64,000 bases of DNA, from positions 2,848,001-2,912,000 of the forward strand of contig OY970325.1 in NCBI GenBank assembly GCA_963717145.1, in the 5' to 3' direction. The position numbers and the translations under genes are program-made. Of the stretch, positions 48,118-58,086 are shown piece after piece. A model generated the notes under the pieces. The model had not been told where the DNA came from. It made no database searches and saw nothing but the letters and a program-made list of their open reading frames with translations. The stretch is from an uncultured Armatimonadetes bacterium. GTDB taxonomy: Bacteria > Armatimonadota > UBA5829 > DTJY01. Each line of letters starts with the position of its first letter. Within the stretch, counting starts at the first letter, position 1.

Positions 48118-49914
48118 TCATTCCCGGCAGACGCCACATCGCCGGCACGCGCCGACCTTGCACTGCGGGGTCACCGCCGCACTTATCGCACGCTCGTACT
48201 CCGAACGGAGGTAATCCTTCCGGACACCGAGGTCCAAATGGTCCCAGGGGAAAACCTCATCCTCGCGCCTCGGTCGCTGGGCATAGAAATGAGGATCGAT
48301 CCCAGTTCTTCGGAATGCTTCTCGCCAGTTGGCGTCCTCCCGGGCCACGATGAGCAGCGCATCCCTGAGTCGTCGGTCCCCACGCGCCAGGACGCCCTGC
48401 ACGACAGACTCCCGCGGGCTCTCACCCACGACCTCGACCGGCTTCACCGGGCCGAGCGCACGTCTTATGACCGCTCGCTTGCCCGATAGAGACCTCTCCT
48501 CGTCCATCGGCGCCCACTGGAACGGCGTCCAGGGTTTGGGGACGAAGCAACTCACCGAGACGATCACTTTCTCCCAGGGAAACATGCGGGCGATGCGGGC
48601 GGCCAGGTCGGCTATGCCGTCGATGTCTTCCGCGGTTTCGGTGGGCAGACCAACCATGAAGTAGAGCTTGATGCGCCGGAAGCCGGCGTCCCAGGCGATC
48701 GTCACGGCCCGGAGGATCTCATCGTCGGGCATACCCTTGTTGAGTACCAGTCTAAGGCGCTCCGTACCGGCTTCAGGCGCGATCGTCAGGGTTTCGTGCC
48801 CACCCCGGCGTAGTGTCTCCGCGATGTCCCGGTTGAGTGTGTCCGCCCGCATGGATGATATCGAGAAGAGCCTCTCACGTTCGAGAAGCGCCTTGCAGAT
48901 CAGCAGCGATGACGGATGGTCGAACACTGAGGCGCTCACCAGTCCAGCCCGCGGAGGAGCGCCCCCTCCTCCCTCGGGGTGCGGTGGCTCGACACCGCCT
49001 TGTCGGGGCACCTCGTCGAATTCCGCCGCCGGCACAGCGGTGCCGAGCCACCGCACTCCGAGGGCTGAGAGCACGCTTTCGGCCGATCTGGCGCGCGGGG
49101 GCAGGAACGCGTACCCGGCTGCGCAGAAACGGCACTGTCTCCCGCATCCTCTGGCGACCTCCGCCAGCAACATGTTCGAGAACTCCGTGTCGGGGGTGGT
49201 GATGACCGTGACGGCATCGAAATCCTCGAGACGACGGACCCACCGGCGACTGATCCGCTCGGGTGCTCCGTTCAGAGTCTCCGTCCGCTCGGTAGTTCCG
49301 TCCGCATGGTAGATAGGCCGATAGAGGCTCGGCACGTAGACCCCTTCGATGCGACTCAGGGCTCGAAGCAACTCCTCCCGATCATGGAAGCCCATCTCCC
49401 GAAGCGTCCCCACTATCTCGGGGAGGACCTCCTCCGCCTCGCCCAGCACGAATGCATCCACGAATGGGGCGAGCGGCTCGGGGTTGAACGTGACCGCCGG
49501 CCCTCCAGCGATGACGAGCGGCTGATCCGGTCCGCGTTCGCCGGCAACTTCATCTATCCGGGAGAGAGCGAGGATTCGGAGCAGGTTCGGGTAGTCGAGT
49601 TCGAAGGATACGGAGAAGGCAACGACATCGAAGTCTCGGACAGCCGTCTGGGATTCCATGGTGATGAGCGAGTCGCCCGTTCGTCGGAGTTCCGCAAGTT
49701 CGGGTGGATCGGGCAGGAAGACCCGCTCGCACATCGAGCCATCGGTGTCGTTGAGCAGGCCGTAGACGATCTGGAAGCCGAGACTCGACATCCCGACGTA
49801 GTAGGTGTTCGAGAACGCCAGGGCAAAGCGGATGTTCCCGGCATGGGTTCTGTGTATCGTGCCGGTCTCCCTGGAGAGCCGCCCTCGGGTCTTCTCGATC
49901 AGTCGTCTGGACAT
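48118..49914 (-). CDS. B12-binding-like radical SAM protein with in-frame palindrome insertion
   Basis: NTYYVGMSSLG, RGCGRQCRFC, TIAPEAG.ERLR, KLYFMVGLP, FVPKPWTPFQW. Confidence 0.88.
   Translation of the reverse strand: MSRRLIEKTRGRLSRETGTIHRTHAGNIRFALAFSNTYYVGMSSLGFQIVYGLLNDTDGSMCERVFLPDPPELAELRRTGDSLITMESQTAVRDFDVVAFSVSFELDYPNLLRILALSRIDEVAGERGPDQPLVIAGGPAVTFNPEPLAPFVDAFVLGEAEEVLPEIVGTLREMGFHDREELLRALSRIEGVYVPSLYRPIYHADGTTERTETLNGAPERISRRWVRRLEDFDAVTVITTPDTEFSNMLLAEVARGCGRQCRFCAAGYAFLPPRARSAESVLSALGVRWLGTAVPAAEFDEVPRQGGVEPPHPEGGGGAPPRAGLVSASVFDHPSSLLICKALLERERLFSISSMRADTLNRDIAETLRRGGHETLTIAPEAGTERLRLVLNKGMPDDEILRAVTIAWDAGFRRIKLYFMVGLPTETAEDIDGIADLAARIARMFPWEKVIVSVSCFVPKPWTPFQWAPMDEERSLSGKRAVIRRALGPVKPVEVVGESPRESVVQGVLARGDRRLRDALLIVAREDANWREAFRRTGIDPHFYAQRPRREDEVFPWDHLDLGVRKDYLRSEYERAISAAVTPQCKVGACRRCGVCRE
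48971..49064. repeat. intragenic REP-like palindrome
   Basis: 28-bp arms 48971-48998 and 49037-49064 with 2 mismatches. Confidence 0.85.
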
Positions 49915-49919
49915 AGGCA

Positions 49920-50008
49920 GAGTATGGGAGAATGGGAGTATGGGTGTGTGGGAGAATTGGAGTGAGGCGATACGATCACCCCCACACTCCCATACTCCCA
50001 TACCCACA
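49920..50008. repeat. inverted octamer tracts
   Basis: (GGGAGTAT)n then (ACTCCCAY)n. Confidence 0.75.
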
Positions 50009-50018
50009 TACATGAGAA

Positions 50019-50065
50019 ATGAGCAAGCCATCCGGTTCGTGGGGTGAATCGGTCGGCTTGCTCAT
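50019..50065 (-). terminator. hairpin downstream of ftsZ
   Basis: ATGAGCAAGCC and GGCTTGCTCAT stem; weak U tract. Confidence 0.45.
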
Positions 50066-50090
50066 GTATATCAATCACTGAAATGGCAGA

Positions 50091-51128
50091 CTATCTGCGG
50101 CGAAGGAACGCCGGGATGTCGAGTTCCTCGGTTCCCGCGGCGACTGGAACGCTCTCACGCCCACCCATGCGGTCGCTCTTGATCGGCCTGCTGCCGTCGA
50201 ATCCGGTAGCAAGGACGGTGACCTGAACCGCGCCTTCCATGCGGTCACTGATGACCGTGCCGAAAATGATGTTGGCGTCGCGCTCGTCGGTCGCCTTGAA
50301 GATGACATCAGCCGCCTCGTAGACCTCGGACAGCGTGAGATCGGATCCGCCGGTGATGTTGAGCAGTACGCCTCTCGCGCCGTCGATGCTCGACTCCAGG
50401 AGCGGGCTCGAAATCGCTGACTGGGCCGCCTCTATCGCGCGGTTTTCGCCGGTCGCATAGCCGACGCCCATCAGCGCCGAGCCGGCATCCGCCATGATTG
50501 CCTTGACATCTGCGAAGTCAACGTTGATCATGCCGGGAATGGTGATGATGTCCGACACGCCCTGAACGCCCTGTCGAAGAACGTCATCGGCCATGCGGAA
50601 GGCTTCCAGCAGCGTAGCCTTCTTCTCGGTGATGCCGAGCAGCTTGTCGTTCGGGATGACGATGATCGTGTCGACCTTGTCCCGGAGAGTCTCGATGCCG
50701 TCATCGGCTGATCGAGCCCTGCGCGGTCCCTCGAATGCAAAGGGCTTCGTGACTACACCGACCGTCAGCGCGCCCATCTCCTTGGCGATCTCGGCGATCA
50801 CGCCGGCCGCTCCGGTCCCAGTACCGCCGCCCATGCCCGCGGTCACGAAAACCATGTCCGCGCCTTCCAGGGCCTTCTTGATCTCCTGCTTGCTCTCCTC
50901 AGCGGCGCTACGTCCGACCTCGGGATCGCCTCCGGCGCCGAGCCCCTTGGTCAGGCTCTCGCCCAACTGAAGGTGCACCTCAGCCGACGACATGCCCAGA
51001 ACCTGGGAATCCGTATTCATCGCCAGGAAGTTCACGCCGGACACACCGCACTCGATCATACGGTTGACGGCATTCGTGCCGCCTCCACCTACACCCACTA
51101 CCTTGATCTTTGCGTACTGCTCTGCCAT
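50091..51128 (-). CDS. ftsZ: cell division protein FtsZ
   Basis: [34 protein letters not shown]. Confidence 0.99.
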   Translation of the reverse strand: MAEQYAKIKVVGVGGGGTNAVNRMIECGVSGVNFLAMNTDSQVLGMSSAEVHLQLGESLTKGLGAGGDPEVGRSAAEESKQEIKKALEGADMVFVTAGMGGGTGTGAAGVIAEIAKEMGALTVGVVTKPFAFEGPRRARSADDGIETLRDKVDTIIVIPNDKLLGITEKKATLLEAFRMADDVLRQGVQGVSDIITIPGMINVDFADVKAIMADAGSALMGVGYATGENRAIEAAQSAISSPLLESSIDGARGVLLNITGGSDLTLSEVYEAADVIFKATDERDANIIFGTVISDRMEGAVQVTVLATGFDGSRPIKSDRMGGRESVPVAAGTEELDIPAFLRRR

Positions 51129-51162
51129 TTCTCTTTGCCCCCCTTTGATTGTTTTGAAAGCA

Positions 51163-52401
51163 CTAATCCCCGCCTACGCGGGCAAAAACCTCACGAAGCC
51201 GCCGAAACACTCGATGCAAAACAGCTTCGTCATCCACATTGTGAGCTTGCCTTGCCTCATGCCTGGCCCAAAACCGCACAAGACCCACGGCCGTCGCACA
51301 AGCAGGGCTGCTCACCGATTCCACCAATCCCGTAACACCTGCAGGCGACCCGATTCTGGCCGCCATGCCGATAGCCTGTTCCGCAAGCTCCGGCAATCCC
51401 TCGAGCAGTGATCCGCCGCCCGTCAGTACCAGTCCCGCGGGCGCTTTGTCGGCGCATCCTGCCTTTTCTATATGCCCCCGCACCATCTGCAGCAGCTCGA
51501 CCATTCGAGGCTCGATGATCTCTGCGAGCACTTTCCTGGGCAGTTGTCTCGGCCTCGAAGTACCGAGGCCGGTGAACTCAAACGTTTCGTTCTGCCCATC
51601 CGATCCCGACAGCGCACTGCCAAAACTTGCCTTGACCCGCTCAGCCTCCTCAATGGAGGTTCGCAGGCCGATCGCGATGTCTCGGGTAACGTGGTTACCG
51701 CCGACCGGCACGACGCCGGAATAGTATATACTACCTCCGATGTAAATGGCAAGGTCTGTTGTTCCGCCGCCGATGTCGACCAGAACGACCCCCAGATCCG
51801 TCTCGGCCGGGGTGAGCACACTCTCCGCAGCGGCGATCGGCTCCAGCACCGTGGCATCGACTGCATATCCGGCCTGGTGAACGCATTTCACCACGTTCTG
51901 GATGAAACTGCTCATCCCGGTGACGATGTGCGTCTCCACCTCGAGACGGTTGCCGTGCATTCCCACCGGCGCGTGTATGCCGTCCTGGCCGTCCACCGAG
52001 TACCATCGTGGTATCGCGTGTACGATCTCCCGGTCGGGCGGGATCACGATCACCTTGGCCGTTTCGAGCAGACGGTCCACATCACTCTCGCTGATCTCAC
52101 GGTCCGAGTGCGTAATAGCGATGACACTCCGGCTGTTCAGGCAGGCGATGTGCTCGCCAGTCACGCCTACGACAGCGGAGTGGACCTCCTCACCGGCCAT
52201 TCTCTGAGCCTTCTGGACTGCGCTTCGGATGGCCTCAGTCGTGGCCGCGAGGTCGACTACTACGCCTTTCTTGAGTCCCATGCAGGGGCTCGTCCCCACC
52301 CCGATAACCTCGGGCAGAGAGCCGGGCACGATGTCGGCGATCACCGCGCAGATCTTGGTGGTACCGATATCCAGTCCTGCGATCATGTAGTCCTGCGACA
52401 C
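51163..52401 (-). CDS. ftsA: cell division protein FtsA
   Basis: [20 protein letters not shown]. Confidence 0.97.
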   Translation of the reverse strand: MSQDYMIAGLDIGTTKICAVIADIVPGSLPEVIGVGTSPCMGLKKGVVVDLAATTEAIRSAVQKAQRMAGEEVHSAVVGVTGEHIACLNSRSVIAITHSDREISESDVDRLLETAKVIVIPPDREIVHAIPRWYSVDGQDGIHAPVGMHGNRLEVETHIVTGMSSFIQNVVKCVHQAGYAVDATVLEPIAAAESVLTPAETDLGVVLVDIGGGTTDLAIYIGGSIYYSGVVPVGGNHVTRDIAIGLRTSIEEAERVKASFGSALSGSDGQNETFEFTGLGTSRPRQLPRKVLAEIIEPRMVELLQMVRGHIEKAGCADKAPAGLVLTGGGSLLEGLPELAEQAIGMAARIGSPAGVTGLVESVSSPACATAVGLVRFWARHEARQAHNVDDEAVLHRVFRRLREVFARVGGD

Positions 52402-52427
52402 AGCCCACCTCTGCCAATCGCCTACCC

Positions 52428-52594
52428 GTAGGGGCGACCTTCGACGGTCGCCCGCGGGAGGCCATTGAAGGCCTCCCCTACGGTGCGCGAGCGGGAGGCC
52501 GTTGCAAGGCCTGCCCTACGGTGCGCGAGCGGGAGGCCGTTGCAAGGCCTGCCCTACGGTGCGCGAGCGGGAGGCCGTTGAAGGCCTCCCCTAC
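52428..52594. repeat. GTAG-type REP cluster, ~38-bp tandem units
   Basis: GCGGGAGGCC...AAGGCCT.CCCTAC four times, preceded by an opposed GTAGGGGCGACC copy. Confidence 0.85.
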
Positions 52595-52950
52595 TCTGCG
52601 ATCCGCTTCGCCAGAGCGATCTTCGTCAGCCACTGCCGTCTGATGAGCGACAGGTTCAGGAACACCCGACCGCCGAGCGCCACAACAGCGGCCAGGAACA
52701 GGTCCACCCCGATCTGATCGCCGAGATAGGCGAGCAGCGCCGCGAGCAGCGTATTGACGACGAACCCGGACAGGAAGATATCCGCCTCGAACTTGTCTTC
52801 GATCCCCGCCCTGATTCCGCCGGACACCGAGTCGAGTCCCGCGAGAGCCGCGAGCGACAGATAGCTGGCGATGCCTCCGGGCACTGGAAGATCGAAAAAG
52901 TATATCGAGACGAAACCTATCAACAGGCCCAATAGAGGGAGCAATGTCAC
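52591..52950 (-). CDS. sbp: small basic protein (DUF1290)
   Basis: YLS.A.LA.LDS..GG.RA, F.SGF..N, N...IRR. Confidence 0.88.
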   Translation of the reverse strand: MTLLPLLGLLIGFVSIYFFDLPVPGGIASYLSLAALAGLDSVSGGIRAGIEDKFEADIFLSGFVVNTLLAALLAYLGDQIGVDLFLAAVVALGGRVFLNLSLIRRQWLTKIALAKRIAE

Positions 52951-53723
52951 AACTTCACCTCGTTCCCTGTCTTGGCCGGTCTGGCATACTGGAACCGCGT
53001 GCTGCCGGAGAAGGCCGGCACCACCAGGCGCTTGGTCTTCTCGATCTTGATCATATCCGAGAGATCCTCGAGGATGCGGAAGGAGTCCACTACCCCACCG
53101 CGCATTGTGAGTCCGTTCTCCATTTCGTCCGCAGGGCCGATCGCTCTGACCTCGAAAGGCGGCGACATCGGCGCATTGTTGATCAGGATCCGCGTCCCGG
53201 CGCAGCGGATGGGCGTATTTGCTATGATGCGCTGGTCGTTTACGGCCATGGCCTCGGCCCCGCTTGCCAGCAACTCGTTCACGAAATCGCGGATATCATA
53301 GTCATGGATGAGGTAGTCCTCACTCAACTCGGGACCGGCATCGTCGGGCGGCCGCCTCTTGCTATCCCTGAGAGTAACGATGATACCTTCACCCTCAGCC
53401 TCGATCAGTCCGGCATGGAACTTCGCGCTCTCCAACTCAGCGCTGAGCACTCCGCTCGACGAGCCGCCCTCACCAAGGGCCTGCTCGTACCGCCTGACCT
53501 TTCCGCGAAGGTCCCTTATCTCTTTCTCCAGGCTCTGATTTCGCTCCCTTTCATCGGCCCAGGCCCGGGCGAGCTGGGGGAACCGCGTCGTAGGGAGGCC
53601 GGACGTGGACTTGATCGTCTGTTGTGTTTTCAACGCGGCCGCGAGCAACATGCCCAGCACGAAGCTGAGCAGGGTCACGTGCCAGAGCCAAGAGCTTCTC
53701 TTGAGGCCGAACGGCGAGATCAT
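52947..53723 (-). CDS. DUF881 family protein
   Basis: AGL....GEGI.VTL.D, IHD.D....VNEL..SGAEA..VN.QR. Confidence 0.88.
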   Translation of the reverse strand: MISPFGLKRSSWLWHVTLLSFVLGMLLAAALKTQQTIKSTSGLPTTRFPQLARAWADERERNQSLEKEIRDLRGKVRRYEQALGEGGSSSGVLSAELESAKFHAGLIEAEGEGIIVTLRDSKRRPPDDAGPELSEDYLIHDYDIRDFVNELLASGAEAMAVNDQRIIANTPIRCAGTRILINNAPMSPPFEVRAIGPADEMENGLTMRGGVVDSFRILEDLSDMIKIEKTKRLVVPAFSGSTRFQYARPAKTGNEVKL

Positions 53724-53886
53724 GATCGATGTATGCCTCCGGTGGGATGTCACCCACCGCGGAGAGGTAGCAAGCGTCCGCATGGCGGGCAGGCTCACTT
53801 ACCGGAATTCGCTCATCCGGTTCGACCGGTCATGGCCGGCACGAAGGCACGGCCACTACAGGCCAATCCGTTTGAGCGAGGTGTAG

Positions 53887-54678
53887 TCAGGATGGATTGG
53901 AATCCGATTGCTTTGGCTTCAACGCCGGGGCTTCCGGACAGGTCACGTCGACATATTCCAGATGAGGCACGAGGTTTATGGTCTGTTCGGCCTTCTCGAG
54001 CTTGCCCTCCATCTGCTGCGGTTGACCCAGCCGTATCAGGATTCCATCCTGAACATTTAAGCATAAATCGTTGTTCGGGTCAACCGTGATTTTTCGGACC
54101 GAGAGTTTTCCAAACGGCTGTGCCAGACGCAAACATCTCGAGGCCAATTTGAAGGCCGGAGCGGTGATCGGCTTACCAAGAGCGATCGCCTTTGGGACCG
54201 TACACGACAGGACCGGGAGCTTCGGATCCGGGCTCGCGACGGTTCGGAAAGGTATGCCGGCGGCATCCGTCTCATAGAACCTGCCTTGAGCGCTGAGCAC
54301 GGCATAGGGCTTGCGCTCGGTGATCCGGACGACCAGCGTGTTGGGGAACTTGCGATGGACCGTGACGCCCTTGATGATCGGATTCGGACGCAGGCGGTCG
54401 GCAATGCCGCGCGTCGGGAACGTGAAGATGTTGCTCTTGTCCGGTATCCGGGTGCTCTGGACGACAAACTTCCGGTCGACGAGCTTCCGGCCCTGGACGA
54501 CGACACCCCTGATCTCGAACCAGGGCAGTTTGAGGACGGCAAGCATGCTCTCGCCCGCCAGCAGGATCAACAGGAGCGACAGGATGAGCCTTGGCGCGTT
54601 GATCCTGTAGCGCCTGCGTCTTTCCGGCCTGCGCGCGGCCCGCTGCACCGGCTTTGTTCGCCGTCTTGAGGATTTCAT
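53887..54678 (-). CDS. ftsQ: cell division protein FtsQ/DivIB
   Basis: Basic N-tail, TM helix, POTRA (V.V.RKFPNTL.V.I.ER.P); dcw position. Confidence 0.88.
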   Translation of the reverse strand: MKSSRRRTKPVQRAARRPERRRRYRINAPRLILSLLLILLAGESMLAVLKLPWFEIRGVVVQGRKLVDRKFVVQSTRIPDKSNIFTFPTRGIADRLRPNPIIKGVTVHRKFPNTLVVRITERKPYAVLSAQGRFYETDAAGIPFRTVASPDPKLPVLSCTVPKAIALGKPITAPAFKLASRCLRLAQPFGKLSVRKITVDPNNDLCLNVQDGILIRLGQPQQMEGKLEKAEQTINLVPHLEYVDVTCPEAPALKPKQSDSNPS

Positions 54679-54686
54679 CGGTTCGA

Positions 54687-55595
54687 CTACCATTCTCCTA
54701 CTATCTGAACTTCCGTTTGTAGTTCGATCCCGCAACACTCGCGCACCATGTCGCGCACCCGACTTATGAGTTCCCGAATGTCCGACGCGGTTGCGTTCTC
54801 CACGTTGAAGAAGAAATTCGCATGATGGATTGAGACTTCGGCGCCGCCGACCCTCATTCCTTTGCAGCCGACCCTCTCGATCAACTCCCCGGCGTGCTCG
54901 CCCGGCGGGTTCTTGAAGGTCGATCCGGCTGTGCCTAATGCACAGGGCTGAAGCTTTCTGTTCTCGAGCAACTCGACGCATCTCGCACGGATGTCGTCCG
55001 CCGATCCTTCGCAGAGCCGGAAGACGGCCTCGGTGATGACCAGACCTTTCTCTCCGACCCTGCTCGAACGATACGCGAGCCCGAGGTCCTTCGCCTCGAT
55101 CCTATGACGGACGCCGGTCATGTCCACGGCCTGGACGAACTGCAGCGTGTTCTCGACGTATCCGTACCGAGTGCCGGCGTTCATGTAGACCGCCCCACCG
55201 ACCGTGCCGGGCACTCCGGTCAAACCCTCGAGGCCCGAGAGTCCGGCGCAACTGGCCCTGTCGACCAGGCTTGGAAGCTTGGCCGAAGCGCCTGCGGTGA
55301 TCGTCTCGCCCTCGACGATGATCCTGTCGAACCCTTGGCCGAGCTTGATCACCAGCCCGCGGACACCTTTATCGGAAACCAGAAGATTGTAGCCCCCTCC
55401 GAGCACCATGACGGGAATCCCGCCCACACGCGCCCATTCAAGGAGCGCACACAGCTCGCCCTCGTCCTCCGGGACCGCGAGCATGTCCGCCGGCCCGCCG
55501 ACGCGGAACGACGTGTACGGCGACAGCGGTTCGTCGAACAGGACCTCGCCCTTGATCGATGGTATGCTCATCCCCCGGTGCTCCAAGGTGGTCAC
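54687..55595 (-). CDS. murB: UDP-N-acetylenolpyruvoylglucosamine reductase
   Basis: TSFRVGGPA, PGTVGGAVYMNAG, AGSTFKNP, HANF. Confidence 0.96.
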   Translation of the reverse strand: MTTLEHRGMSIPSIKGEVLFDEPLSPYTSFRVGGPADMLAVPEDEGELCALLEWARVGGIPVMVLGGGYNLLVSDKGVRGLVIKLGQGFDRIIVEGETITAGASAKLPSLVDRASCAGLSGLEGLTGVPGTVGGAVYMNAGTRYGYVENTLQFVQAVDMTGVRHRIEAKDLGLAYRSSRVGEKGLVITEAVFRLCEGSADDIRARCVELLENRKLQPCALGTAGSTFKNPPGEHAGELIERVGCKGMRVGGAEVSIHHANFFFNVENATASDIRELISRVRDMVRECCGIELQTEVQIVGEW

Positions 55596-56977
55596 GACTC
55601 CTTCACCCGCTCGCCCTTCCTGAGAAGAGACACAAGCGCCTCACCGGCCACACGGATGTCGCCCGCGCCCATGACGATCACCAGGTCACCGGGCCGAAGC
55701 TCGGGGAGAAGCGACTGTGCGACCGCATTCTTATCCGCGATGAAGATGACCAGCTTCTCAGGATGCCGCGATCGGATGATGTCACCGATCATCGACGAGC
55801 TGACCCCTGCCATCGGCTCCTCTCGCGCGGCGAAGATCTCTGTCAGAACGACAACATCGGCCAGGCTGAGGCCCTCGGCGAATTCGTCCATGAACGTCAC
55901 CGTCCGGCTGTACTGGTGAGGTTGGTAGACCACGACCACCCGGCGGTTGAAGGCACGCGCGGCTTCGAGGGTGGCGCGGATCTCGGTCGGATGATGAGCG
56001 TAGTCATCGGCGACCATGATCCCGGACTCCTCGCCGAGAACATCGAAACGCCGCTCGGCCCCCTGGAAATCCGCGAGCGCGGCGAACATCACGTCGAAGC
56101 CGAGTCCGAGTTCGTGACCGGCCGCCAGCGCCGCAAGGGCGTTCTGAACGTTATGCTCGCCTGGAACACGAAGCGTGACCCGCCCGCAGTCGGCGCCATC
56201 GTGTACGATCCGAAAAGATGGTGTCGGGGACGCAAGATCGGCATCCACGGCGCGAAGGTCCGCGTCGGGGCTGAGCCCGTAAGTGATCGTTCGCCGATCG
56301 ACCCCTGGGAGCAGCTCCCGGACGTGCGGGCTGTCGATGCACATTATCGCGCAACCCTCGGGCTGAACCTGCGACAAAAACTGCTTGAACGCGGCGATTA
56401 CGCCTTCCAGCGAACCGTAGAACTCCAGGTGGTCCGCCTCGACGTTTGTCACGATGGCGATCGTGGGACGCAGTTCCAGGAACGAACTGAACGCCTCGCA
56501 CGCCTCGGTGAGAAAGACCTCACCCTTACCGAGCCTGGCATTCCCCTGCAGGCGCTCCAGGTCGCCGCCGATGAGGATCGTCGGGTCGAGCCCGCCGGCC
56601 ACGAGGACATCCGCCAGCATCGAGGTCGTCGTCGTCTTGCCGTGCGTGCCTGCGACGGCGACTCCCAGCGTGCCCTCCATCATCATGCCGAGCAGTTGGG
56701 CGCGGCCGAGGATCGGGATGCCCTTTTCGCGCGCGATCATCAACTCCGGGTTGTCCGGCGGCACGGCGGCCGACGCGATCACCACATCGGCGTCACCGAC
56801 GTTGGCGGCGTCGTGACCCTGCGCGACCTCCACACCGAGCGACCGAAGTCTCTCGGTCGTCGGGGAAAGCTTCAGATCCGAGCCGGAGACCTTGCAACCC
56901 TTCTCCGCGAGCACGGCCGCGAGTCCGCTCATCCCTACCCCGCCGATGCCGATCATGTGGATGTGTTTCTTAGTCAT
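55592..56977 (-). CDS. murC: UDP-N-acetylmuramate--L-alanine ligase
   Basis: GIGGVGMSG, AGTHGKTTT, DDYAHHPTE. Confidence 0.97.
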   Translation of the reverse strand: MTKKHIHMIGIGGVGMSGLAAVLAEKGCKVSGSDLKLSPTTERLRSLGVEVAQGHDAANVGDADVVIASAAVPPDNPELMIAREKGIPILGRAQLLGMMMEGTLGVAVAGTHGKTTTTSMLADVLVAGGLDPTILIGGDLERLQGNARLGKGEVFLTEACEAFSSFLELRPTIAIVTNVEADHLEFYGSLEGVIAAFKQFLSQVQPEGCAIMCIDSPHVRELLPGVDRRTITYGLSPDADLRAVDADLASPTPSFRIVHDGADCGRVTLRVPGEHNVQNALAALAAGHELGLGFDVMFAALADFQGAERRFDVLGEESGIMVADDYAHHPTEIRATLEAARAFNRRVVVVYQPHQYSRTVTFMDEFAEGLSLADVVVLTEIFAAREEPMAGVSSSMIGDIIRSRHPEKLVIFIADKNAVAQSLLPELRPGDLVIVMGAGDIRVAGEALVSLLRKGERVKES

Positions 56978-58086
56978 CAGTTGTCAGTTATCAGTTCAAA
57001 GGCCGCGCGGGCGACATCGTGAGCGGCGTTCGGGCGACCGAGCTTCTTGCTCGCCTCGGCCATCCTCTGAAGCTCCTCGGGCGCGTTCAGGAACCGCTCG
57101 ATGTGATTCGCCAGCGCATCGCCGGTGAACTCGGCATCCTCGATCACGGCCGCGCCGCCATGATCGGCGACGTACTTCGCGTTGAGCCGCTGCTCATTCG
57201 TGATCGCGAAAGGATACGGCACGAAGATCGCCGGCAGACCGACGATTGTGATCTCGCAAACGGTCGATGCGCCCGAACGACATACAATCAGGTCCGCCGC
57301 CCCATACGCCGCCGCCATATCTTCGACGAAAGCGCGCAGATGGTAGTCAGCCCATCCCGCGGACTTCGCGCTCTCCTCCGCCTCGCCGAAGTTGCGTTTC
57401 CCAGCCTGATGGAAGAGCTGGATAGGCATCCCCTTCAGCCTGGGCAGCGCGGAAGCCACCGCCCGATTGAGCGTCTGAGCGCCCTGACTCCCGCCGAAGA
57501 CAAGGACCGTGAACTTCTCAGGATCGAGCCCAAGCTTCCGTCGCGAGACCGTCCTCTCGGGTACCTTCAGCAACTCAGGACGAACCGGCAATCCGGTGAA
57601 GACGGTCCTACCCGCTGGGAAGCACTTCAGGGCATCTTCGAACGAGACGCATATCCGGGATGCAAACTTCGCGAGCAGTGAGTTCGTCCTGCCGGGGACC
57701 ATATTCTGTTCGTGGATAAGACTCTTCCCGCCTCGGAGCGCCTGTGCGAGCACCACCGACGCAGCCACGTACCCGCCGGTACCGATCACGAGGTCCGGCT
57801 TGAATCGCCGCAAGGTCCCGAGCGCCTCGACGAATCCTTTCCCGAGGCTGAGCGCGGTCAATATTGTATCAAAAGAGAGCATCCGGCCCAGCTTGCGGCT
57901 CGTCAGTCCGACGAACGGTATCTCAGCGCTGGCGGCCATCCCCTCTTCCATGCCGTTCCGGCTGCCGATGTAGAGCAACTCGCAGTCCGGCACTTCGGAG
58001 CGGATTGCCCGACCTATGCTAATAGCCGGATAGGCGTGACCCCCGGTTCCGCCGCCGGTAAGGACGATCCTCATCTTCTCCACCAT
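56977..58086 (-). CDS. murG: lipid II GlcNAc transferase
   Basis: GGGTGGH, GGYV, HEQN, GGSQGA, RSGAST. Confidence 0.97.
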   Translation of the reverse strand: MVEKMRIVLTGGGTGGHAYPAISIGRAIRSEVPDCELLYIGSRNGMEEGMAASAEIPFVGLTSRKLGRMLSFDTILTALSLGKGFVEALGTLRRFKPDLVIGTGGYVAASVVLAQALRGGKSLIHEQNMVPGRTNSLLAKFASRICVSFEDALKCFPAGRTVFTGLPVRPELLKVPERTVSRRKLGLDPEKFTVLVFGGSQGAQTLNRAVASALPRLKGMPIQLFHQAGKRNFGEAEESAKSAGWADYHLRAFVEDMAAAYGAADLIVCRSGASTVCEITIVGLPAIFVPYPFAITNEQRLNAKYVADHGGAAVIEDAEFTGDALANHIERFLNAPEELQRMAEASKKLGRPNAAHDVARAAFELITDN

